From Nageia nagi (taxonomy: Eukaryota > Plantae > Pinophyta), in the NCBI GenBank assembly GCA_050084985.1, contig JBITNC010000001.1, positions 80,228,001 through 80,292,000 on the forward strand: a stretch of DNA of 64,000 nucleotides, read 5' to 3'. Each line of letters opens with the position of its first letter. The stretch's first letter is position 1. The notes below the pieces were generated by a model that worked only from the letters and a program-made list of their open reading frames with translations, made no database searches and had not been told where the DNA came from. Positions 53,111 through 64,000 of the stretch are shown here, piece after piece. Made by a program: the position numbers and the translations under genes.

Positions 53111-54186
53111 TGGACCTATCTACTAAGGTTAAAAGTAGTCCCTATAATTAATTTAACTTTCACCCCTTGTATATAGTTCCCTTTTTACTAAAAGTTTTTG
53201 TGAATCATGTTTGGTTTATATATGATAACATTGAAATTTTTAGATCTCTATGCTTTCAGTAGATGATTCGAATTAAATGCAAAGGTCATAATACTTAGAA
53301 CCAAGAAGTAATCAACATTAAGAGTCTCCTTTTAATATATGATTTATTTAAACTATTCTAAGGTAATGATATTTTCACATTCACATGTTTATACTCTTGA
53401 TGGAAGACTATTAATATAAAGTTAAAGATCACATTTATCTATACTTTAAGATTATACAATAAGAACCTCTTTTGTTAATTTTACCATATATTTCCTAAGT
53501 TAACTTTAAGATCCCATATAAGCATAAAATACAAAATTATCACATAAGGATAAATAAGTAATATAACCCTAAATAAGGGTCCCTTTACAATGTTAATATA
53601 CATCAAAATTGATCTCAAGGGTCTTCAACATATCTTGTTCTCATGATGTAAGTCCTTCCATATTTGTCTTCAAGCTTCTTCCAAGAATCGAAAGGGATTG
53701 GGTTCAATACTAGGAAGAGTGGAGGATCAAGATAACCCTTTGAATTCTTGACCATGATGCAAATGAATTATGACATCTCATTCTTTAAAAGTATTCAAAA
53801 AACCTCAAGAGGATTTTCATCCTTTCCAAGGTTACCTCCCTTCCTTGGGCATATGGTAGTTTATTTACACAAAAATCTTTCTCAAAATTAAATCTATAAA
53901 CATCTCATATCACACATAATTCATACATCTTACTTTTTCTTAGTCAATAAATATGTTTTCATAAAAAATTCAATAAAGTTTGTATATTAATTCTATTTAA
54001 AAACTAGATACTTATAGTCATCTCTTACATATTTCAAAATTTAGTATCTATTAATAAATTTCATTTAACCATACCAATGAAATATAAATTTTCCTAAATG
54101 TGGATATACAATTCTTCTATTAAATATTTATTTAAACATTGGCTGCCTTCTATCATTATTTTTACTATAAATCAAATATAGAGGAA

Positions 54187-57100
54187 TGTTGAACTATGTG
54201 TGACATTGAGAGGGGGAGTAAATTAGTGTACCCTAATACTTAACACAAAATAAAAAAATTAAACTCAAAATAATCACACAAATTGCACCACACAACACAA
54301 GATTTATAGTGGAAACTTAATGTGGGGAAAAACACTCTTCAAAGGACTATTTGGACTCCCATTGAAATCCAGTCTCAAAAGTATGGTTGAATTTTACAAT
54401 ATTTTTATAGCACCAACTACAAGGAGCACCAACCTTGGAATTTAGCAACACTTACTTCAAGGAACACCAACCCCTGTTGACAAGCACCAACTTAAAAAAT
54501 CTAAAATTCTCTAATAAAAATTATAAATCTTGTCACAAGACCATGAGTAGTCTAGTTTATAAAATCTTCTTCTCTAAAATCTTGTCATAGTCTACACACT
54601 GATAATCATGCTTCATACATACTGATAAATCCAAACATACTATCTAAAAACTCATTTTGAACACACCCAAAACAAAAACCCTTTATTCAACCAAAACCCT
54701 TTTCTTGCAACTCAATCAAAACCCTCCTCTGCAACCTGCAAATAAAAACTCCACCCCAAAGAAATGTAAAATTCTCAAATATTTTTGTAACTAAAAAAGT
54801 AGGAAAAAAGAGCTCTAAAGGTATTTTTGAAGAGCCATAACTTTTTACTAATTAAACCATTTAAATCAAAATTTGGACCACATATTCTCCATATAATCAA
54901 ATACATTATGTAAACATTTTAAGGTCTACATCCTTATATTTTTTACATAGCACTTCTTAAAAAATATCCTCCGATGAAGATTTGCAAACATTTCGTTAAA
55001 TAGTTTGCATAACAAGTCTGGAAAAAATAGAAAAAAATGATCTTAGACCTATTTTTTGAAAGCCATAACTTTTTATTATGAATAGTTTGCATAACAAGTC
55101 TGGTATATTCATCTATGATCACCATGAATTTCATTATCCAAGTCCTCTTGGATAGCATTTTGTCAAACACTTCATATGCTTAGTTTTGTGCCTATTAGAG
55201 ATTCTCATACTTTAGGACCTCAAATTGAGATGATTCAAAATATAAAGTTACTCATCTCACCAAGTTATACATGTACAAAATTTGAAATTCTAAATTTGAA
55301 GACTTCGAGACCCCAAAACAACCATCCAACTATTCCATGACTTGCCAAAATTCGTGCTTAGAATTGGGAAAAGTTATAAAGTGGCATTTTATAGCTTGTA
55401 CTATTTTTGCTTTGATTATTGGATTGATCTAAAATTTGTACCAAATATTCTTTGTATATATTAATATATTTATTTTAAATTTTATACTCTGAATCATCAC
55501 TGTTTACTCGCAATTTGACTTGTACAAAGCCAATTTCACCCAAATTTTTTAACTATTCCAAAATCCATAATAGTTCATGAAACCAAAATATCATGGAATT
55601 TGATGATTCCAATGTTGCACACAACTTTTTTTATCATCCCAAAAACTTATCCAAACCATCTTTGGCTTTTTATCACCTTTCTTTTGCATTTTGGCCCCCT
55701 TGACAGCTTTTGGTACCTCGTGACAACTTTGTCCCTTTGTTGTTTTTGCATTCGATAACTTTGCAAATCTTGTTGATGTCATTTATTTGACATGTGCAAC
55801 CATGGAAACCATATGCATAGTGATCTCATCATGTTGATAATAATGACAACACCGTTACACCATACTCAACAATCTCTTCCTTTGGAATTATTAGCAACAC
55901 AAATGCAAAAACCTATTACTCTTCTCCCCCTATGACAAAAAATACAAAAGGGTGCCTTGGACTCCCCCTGAGTCCATACACACAATACTTAGGTGTAAAT
56001 TATACAAGAGAAAAAAGATAATAAAGTACAAAATTACTCCCCCTAATATTGTGCACCCAAAAACTATTTTATTGCCTAGGCAATGTCACCACTCATAATT
56101 TCTTTCATAGGTACTCAAAAACATCCTTGGGTAATGGTTTAATGAAGATATTTACTACTTGCTCTGATTTGAGAACAAATTCCAAATTTATCTCTTCTTC
56201 TACAATATTTTCCTTCAAAAAATGGTACCAAATGGTAATGTATTTTGTTATTGAATGCATGATCAGATTCTTGGAAATATTGATTGCACTTGTATTATCA
56301 CACATAACTAAAATGGATTCAATGATCTAAATACCTAGATCCTTAATCATTTATTTCATCTACAAAATATGTATAAAGCATGATGTCATTGTTATGTACT
56401 TTATTTCCATTATGGACAATGATGACAATTCCTATTTATTGATATACCAACTAACAAGATTATTGCCCAAGTAAAATGCACCACCATTGGTGCTCTTCAT
56501 ATCATATACACACCCTTCCTAATCAGCATCTAAGAAAGCAATGAGTGTGAAATCCTTCCCCTTGGGATACCATAGGCCATAGTCTAATGTACCTTTGAGG
56601 TGCCAAAAAATTTACTTTAGTACAATCACATGCATCTCCTTTGGATTTAGCTGAAATCATGCAACCATGAACACTTCTTGAAGTATGTCAAGTCTATTAG
56701 CTATCAAATATAATAAGCTCCCAATCATTGACCTATACATAGTCTGATCCATTGATAGGGACTTATCATCCTTGCTAAGCTTGCAATCTATTTTCATAGG
56801 AGTGCTAACAAGCTTGAAATCCTCCATAGTGAACTTTTTCAGCATCTCCTTACATACTTGATTTGTGAAATAAAAATTCCATACTTCAACTGATTAACTT
56901 GCAAACTAAGAAAATATAAAATTTCACCTATCATTGATATCTCAAACTTTGTTTGCATTTGGTTAATAAAATCTTTGCACATTTCATCCTTACTACCTTC
57001 AAAAATAATATCATCAACATAAACCACAATGATAACTTGATAATTATTTTCAAATTTAATGTAGAGATTACTATCCATCATACCCTTTTTGAAACCCATT

Positions 57101-58620
57101 GATAAAGATATGCATCAAGCTAGAGTACCATGCCTAGGATGCCTATTTTAGACCATAAAGTGATTTTTTTAATTTGCACATAAAATCTAAGTTTTTACTT
57201 ATTTGAAATTCATATGGTTGCTCAATGTAGACTTCCTCCTCAATATTTCCATTAAAAAATGCTAATTTTGCATGCATATGATAAACCTTATAGTTCTTAT
57301 ACACTGCCAAAGCAAGAAACATGTAGATAGCCTCTAATCCATCTACATGAGTAAAGGTTTCTTCAAAATCAATACCTTCAACCTAAGCATACCCTTTGTA
57401 AACCAAACTTGCTTTGTTTCTTATCACTTTCCCATCTTCATTAAGCTTTTTGGAAAAAACCCACTTGGTGCCAATCACATTTTTGTTCTTGGACCTTTGT
57501 ACCAACTTCCAAGTCTAATTATTTTCAATCTACTCTAACTCCTCATACATTGCCTTGATCTAACTCTCATCCTAACTTACCTCTGCAACATTCTTTGGTT
57601 CTATACTTGAAATAAGGGATTACATTCTTATTGTTCTTTCGTATGAACTCCACTACTCGGGTTTCCAATTATTTGATCATTTGGATGATCCTTTTGCCAT
57701 TCACCTATTTTATGTTTTTGATTTTTCTCCATATCTAAATCACTATGTGATTCACTAGAGACATTCTTTGATTGCTTTTTTGGTTATTCGTCCACCTCAT
57801 CTACCTCAATGTATTCTTGATAAATCAAAAATATTTCATCATCATCTTTTGAAGGTATTCTCATCTTATCAATCTTGACATTTGCACTCTCAATAATTTT
57901 TGTGAGTATTTTATTGTAACACTTATAAGTCTTGATTTTTTTTTAGTAACCAAGGAATATACCTTCATCCATTCTATTATCAAATTTGCCAAGATTTAAT
58001 TCCATCTTCTTGATGTAGCACTTACTCCCAAATACTTTGAAGTATCTTTTTGATGCCTTTTTTTTGAACCATAACTCATAAGGTGTATTACTCTCATGAG
58101 GTCTCAACATACACATTTTCTAAATATAAACCATTGTGTGGAATTATTTCCAAATCCTATTAGCTATGTTGCTTTCTATAAGCATTATTCATGCACTTTC
58201 TTAAACTAACTTGTTCTTTCTTTCCACCACACCATTTTGTTGAGGTGTCCTTGCTGTAGGAAATTATCTCCTAATATCATACTTGTGATAAAACTCATTA
58301 AAATCATTTGAAATAAACTCACCTCCTCTATCTGATCTCAAACATTTGATCCTCCTCCTAACCTAATTTTTTGTTTGGTTCTTAAAGGTCTTAAATTTTT
58401 TAAGTGCTTCTAACTTGTGTTTCAAAAACAATATCCATGTCATCCTAGAATAATTATCTATGCATAACATGAAGTACTTATCTTCATTTATACTTTGCAT
58501 CCTCATAAGACAACATAAATTAGTATGAAAAAGCTATAGGAATTTGCTAGAATAATACTCCTTTGTCTTGAAAGTGGATCTGGTGAGCTTACCCTATTGA
58601 CATGAAGAATAAATATTTCT
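54187..58620 (-). mobile_element. Second Sirevirus-like Ty1/copia, 5'-truncated (INT-RT-RH-3' LTR)
   Basis: Integrase CLRSDRGGEF and TPQQNGVVERKN (57900-58600); RT VIGTKWVF and VVYVDDII (56650-57600); RH CDNTSAI..KPLPKD (56105-56305). PPT at 55872-55885. LTR 54187-55871 has TGAGAGGGGG 20 bp from its end, as in the LTR at 22944. Confidence 0.9.
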
Positions 58621-61425
58621 TATGTGTTATTATTCTTTTGATACTTATTTAAGTTGGGAAATGAATTTGAAGAGCATTCAATAATTCATTTTCTATACTT
58701 GGATTGTTTGATCTTTTTGTAAACTTAAAAAAGCAATCAGCATTTTAGTGAAGAAAATATGAAGTGTTATGCAAGCTATGTAGCATAGTATTTCATTAAA
58801 ATAACTATGTATTCATGGATTAGAAGTAAAAAAAACTAATTCTAAAGTAGCTTACATAGAGCATATCATTTCTTACTTGTAACTTGATCAAATTAGATAA
58901 GAATTCTCCATCTTGGTTAAAAAAGGTTAAGTGATTGTTTACCTAACAGGATCAAGTGGAACAAACACTTAATTCAAGGGTAAGAAAAGTTGTGAGAAAA
59001 TCAAACTAAGTCTTTACAAATCCAAGGAAACAATGAAAAATATAAAAACATTCATTTAATAAGTGAAGAGATACTTATGTAAAACATATTACTACTTGAT
59101 TCATAACTTGGATAACTTGAGCAATTAAAATTCAGCTAAGTTACAAACATTAAGTAGTTGCTTACTTGTCACAAACTAGTGGAGCAAGTATTTAATCTAA
59201 GTATGGAAAATATTGTTAGAAAAATAACATAAGTCTTAACAAAATCCATTAACACTAAGATAAAATATCAAGAAACACCTCGTTAAAAGGAGTATAATAG
59301 ATCCCTTGATGTACCCATTTTCTCCTTGATAAGAAAAAATGGTTAACAAAATTGGAGACTATGCTAGGGAGGTGAATCAAGAACTATCTTTCGGGTAGCT
59401 AAAGCTAGCCTAGTGACTCATAAATAAGTTATTCACTTGGAAACAAAGGTTATTTTATACAAAACTCAATTCTATGATAGTACTATAATATCCTACTTAA
59501 TGGAAACAAAGGTTATTCTATACAAAAATCGAATTTTTACTATTGCACCTATTAGATCTCATACCTAAAAAAAATACCAATTTATGGCATCATTAACAAC
59601 TTAAGAAAATCATTAAAATGCTCAAAATATATATGATTTACTCAAAAATAAGACAAAGTAGAATATAAATAAAATCCTACCTCTAGAGCCTCAATATCCT
59701 ACTTAGAAGTGCAAATACAATGAAAAATATAATCATATCTTGTTATGAATGCAAAGTTGTGTGTAGCATTCTATTCCAGGATAGAAATATGTAAAAAATC
59801 AACCTACCAAACTATCAAAACTTCTCTTAATAGCTAAATACTCCTTCCTTAATCTAAAATATAGTGAGAACTACCCAAAAAATATGACATAAATAGGTCA
59901 AGATATTGGACTTGTCTATATCAAGCAGATTTAATGTGATTTGAAACTCATAAGTTCTCTACAAATGTATCACAAGTTGGGATCCCCACTCCTATATAGG
60001 TAATAATGAAATGCAAACCTCAAAACTTAATGAATATATCTCCTTGGTATGCATGACCTACTTTGAAGGCTATAAATGGTGTGCAAGATCAATAATATAG
60101 CTCTTAGAAGCTCAATGCTCCACCCCTAGCTAAGTAGAGAAAATATAATGTCATCTCTTGAAAAAAATCTAAAGTTTTAGCATAACCAACTCCCTCTTCT
60201 AGGGTAGATCTGAAAGAGAGTGCAAACTAATAGGGTTACCAAATCCCCAAAATTGATATGAAGTGAGCACTAATCTGAGTAAGTTAACAAGGGTTTTTTT
60301 CCTTAGATTTCTAGATAGAAAATGTAGCATACTCCATAAGGGTTTTTTTCCTTAAGAGAGTAAGAGTAAATTCATACAAAATGACCAAGGCCCTTCTCAA
60401 GTTCTTAATTGCCTCTTTTATTTGCTTTTTGCACCACTAACTCCAAATGTTAGACTTTGGACATTATATTTTATTAATGACTCCACACATGGGCATCTCC
60501 CTTTTTGTAACTCTAATGATTTCTTAAAATAAAACTTTAGCTAGGAGATGTAAGTAATATTTTATTTACAAAGGGACCACAAAAACACTAAAACACACCT
60601 TGATTCTTTATTATAAAATACTCTTTAAGTGCACCATACAACCAAAAATCAAAATCCCACTCCTAATAAGATATTTATATTTCTATATTGCATAATTGAG
60701 TGGGCCCCATAATGACCCTTCAATTCTAGGTCATTGCAAGTAATTATGTATATTATGTAAGCTTCCATATTATTAATAGATCCTTTTTTTAACAACCACT
60801 TAAAGAGAAGTGAAATACAAAATATAAATTTATAATTTAAAAAAATAGTACAAAATTATTATTTATGAGAAGATTAAAAACCTTTTTGTGACATGTAGTT
60901 TAGAATTTATGAAATATGTTGAAGAACAAAATCAATCGTTTGGAAAAATTCAAACTACCAAAAAGTGAATGAGTCACTCAACCTCAATAATTGAAAATAA
61001 TTTCATCATAACATAATTAAATCTATACAAAAAAAATGTTCAATCAATAATTGTTACATTGAACCATCCAAATAAGTTATTCATTTTCATTGCAATCTCC
61101 TCTTTAGGTAATTCTAGATATATTAAAAAATATAAAAACACAAAATTAGTTAACATGGTGGATGATGAAAATGAATTTTAATGTATTTATTTAGCTAAAA
61201 ATGGTATTTTATTTGTTTATCAAACTATATAGCTTTTTTAATGCTAGTATGTTATAATGGGCTTTATTATTTACAACCAAATAATGGTTTTGTTATAGCA
61301 ATCATTCCTTAATGATAGTATTAACTATTTATTCACCATGTTTACATATTATTGTTTATGTGTACTTGTGTATATTGCATATCGTCAAACATAGTAATTG
61401 TAAAAACATAATCATCTTCGCAACC

Positions 61426-64000
61426 TAGACCAACACCTTAAAAAATAAGAGGAGCATATTTAGAATAAAGATTAGCATCTTCATAACGTAGGAATTCATC
61501 TTTATAACAAAGATATTCATCTACATAATGAATATGAGCATCTATGTAACAAAGATGAGTATCTGTATAATGAAGTCAAGGGTTTGTGTAACAAATACGA
61601 GCATCTTCATGAAGTAGAAGTTCATATTCATAAAAAAGAAGTTCGTATACATAACTAAGATGTTCATATACATAACAAATATGAGCATTTATGTAATGAG
61701 AATGAGTTTTTATGGAAATAATATGAGTGTTTGCATAACAAAGATGAATGTCTACATAATGAAGATGAGCATCTATATAAAGAAGACGAACATCTTCATT
61801 ATAATATCAATAAGTACCTTTTCAAATAATTTCAAAAATATAAATATTTCACAAATAATTGACAATTTAAAAATATTAGTATTTCTCTAAAAATAACATT
61901 TCACTAAATATTCAATGAATAAAAATTTCATTTTTCAGTGAATAAAAATCAAACTAATGTTGCCTCAAACAAGACAAGCATGAAATATAAATTTATCTAT
62001 TAAATTGAAAATGACTATATTCAATATCACAAAAATAGAAACTACACAAATCAAATTTCATGAATTTGAAATAAATTCTTGGTTAGCTTCTTGGCAACAT
62101 TTCTATGTGTATTTGAATTTTGAGACATTGTCATATAAATATATTTATTATTGTTACTTTGGCATAATTAATCTTATTAATATTTATTCTCTCTATTAAT
62201 GATTTCTAGTATGGCATTGCTTTATCATATGGAAACTTATCAATATCGTAATATGAGACATATAATCATAAATAGTGCTTCAAATTTTTATCCAACCTAC
62301 TTTGAAGTTTGTTTTGCACAAAATATAGTGTCCTTAACACTCTCTCATCTTCCATAGATCCCAAAATCATTATTTAACATAGTTCATATAAATGGAAATA
62401 CTCACCCATAATTTATTGTAAAATAGTTTTTGGATAAAATTTCTTCCATAAATGTAAAATTGAACCTATTTCTAGTGGATCTTCTAGCTTTGGATATTGG
62501 TCAATCATAGTGGTCCCAAAGGCTCATGATTATTCAATCATTTTTTTTTCAGAATACCTGATATCTTAACATCATTTACATCAACCTCTTATGAAAAATC
62601 ATTGACAAGGACATTAATATATTTTATAAATGATTGACTTGTTGCATTATAGTTTGAAATAAGATCCCAAAATAATAGATTTACAACATCCATTACCTCA
62701 AGTAGATCACCTATTTGAAATCTTTCTCTAATTTCATTATCAAATTATTTGATATGCTCCTGTTTTTATTCTTATGCTACTTATAACCATCTAAATCTAT
62801 TCATTATTATGGGTATTTTATGAAGTTCATTTCTAGGGTATTTCATATATCTTTCAAAATAATACACAAGTATCTACTTATCATAGATGTAAATACAAAG
62901 ATCTCCTATAATGTTGAATTTTAAAAAATTATTTGGATCTTTTTAGTTTCTAAGGACTTTCTAATCTTCAAATAAAGGATCAACAAAATTCCTCTCATAC
63001 AACTTATCAATCCATAAACAAACATATTTTTTCATTTGATCAATAATATAAATATGTCTTTCATAAGAAAGTTTTATCAAAAAGTTCATTTCATATAACA
63101 TAGGAAAAATACCATAAAATATGAGCAATGTCTCTAAACTCCTTGTACAAAAAAGTACATCTTTAGGCCTATTTAGTGCTCTTTTGTTTTTATATATAAA
63201 CACTTTTAAAGATTGGTATTCTTTGAATATCCTTTTTGTAGGCTTATACAATGAAATCCATCTTGTATCTATATCCTTTAACATCTTCCTACCATTTTTA
63301 TTCTTGTTACAAAGTCTTGAGACTCTATAAATCCTTTTGACTGATTGAAAAAATAAGAATATAGCTTACAAACTAGATCTTCAACTTCAACAATGTTTTC
63401 ATGTATGCTCTTAATTTTGTAAGAAATGTTTAGTATATATACCATGCATTGAATGGGTATCATGTATGGGGCTACTATTTTCTAAAGTCAAACAAAAAGA
63501 CCATTTCTATTCCCTTGCATGACAACAATGACATCTACTCCCATATAAATTAACTTCCTTACAATTTCAATATCATCCATATTAGTAACTTCTTTCAAAT
63601 TTAAAATAACAAGATTGTAGAGATTCTCAGCATTACAATTCTCTAGCATTTTATAAAATTTAAGAAAGTGTAGTTGCCTTAAATTACCATAAAATATGTA
63701 AACATTCATCCATATCCAAGAAGTGTTTTCAAAATAGTAACTTCATCAAGAGAAATTGAAATGAAGTTGGATTTTTTAACTTTTTATCTAAGATGATCAA
63801 TTTCTACCAAAGCAAGATATTTGGACATCTATTAACCATTACAATATGACCAATGGGCACCAGGCAAATTTTGAACATTTACAAGTTTGAATAAATTTTT
63901 GTAATCAATGAAATCAATCATAAATTTACCCTTTTTCAATATTGTAAATATAGTAGAAAAGTGTAAGACCTTAGAAACTAAAATGGTATTCTGCTATTTT
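61426..64000 (-). mobile_element. Second hAT element of the same transposase family, runs off the right end
   Basis: Minus-strand transposase ~62180-64000: FISISLDE, MGVDVIVVMQGN, IQCMVY, DIDTRW, MILGSMEDERV. Collinear with 33500-35300. The left terminus (TAG at 61426) is only tentative. Confidence 0.85.
61470..61800 (+). repeat. 21-bp tandem subterminal array of the second hAT
   Basis: About 15 units like GAGCATCTATGTAACAAAGAT. They produce the spurious ORF 61660-61890. Confidence 0.85.

Noticed and set aside
58620-61420. Possible further LTR or other TE remnants
   Set aside because: No termini, TSD or protein motifs could be fixed by eye; left unannotated.

Overview
Very AT-rich, CpG-depleted plant nuclear DNA. 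The host is probably a large-genome seed plant such as a gymnosperm; this is inferred from the repeat families and mutation pattern, not proven. The window is almost entirely nested, decayed mobile elements. In order: a Ty3/gypsy remnant (1-3.3 kb); a CACTA element with intact ends (4797-10049, TSD ATA); a Sirevirus-like Ty1/copia (10.8-24.1 kb) carrying a full-length Tat-type gypsy with an extra RNase H and a tRNA-Trp PBS (12856-21412, TSD GTATT); a LINE fragment; a gag-only LTR element (27.3-40.6 kb) whose 5' LTR is split by an 8.3-kb hAT transposon (31769-40036, TSD ATAACCAT); a chromovirus-like gypsy; a second Sirevirus-like copia; and a second hAT running off the right end. The only host gene is a frameshifted, truncated 2OG-Fe(II) dioxygenase (45.9-46.6 kb, minus) in a CpG-retaining island. 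Two items stand out. (1) About 230 bp upstream of that gene sits a near unit-length (~5.1 kb) endogenous caulimovirid with florendovirus-like CP-AP-RT-RH and ORF2 but no recognisable movement protein. (2) The hAT element carries a second, convergent, multi-intron gene of unknown function, plus 21-bp phased palindrome arrays at both ends. Protein motifs outside the supplied ORF track come from manual translation across stops and frameshifts; no database searches were run.
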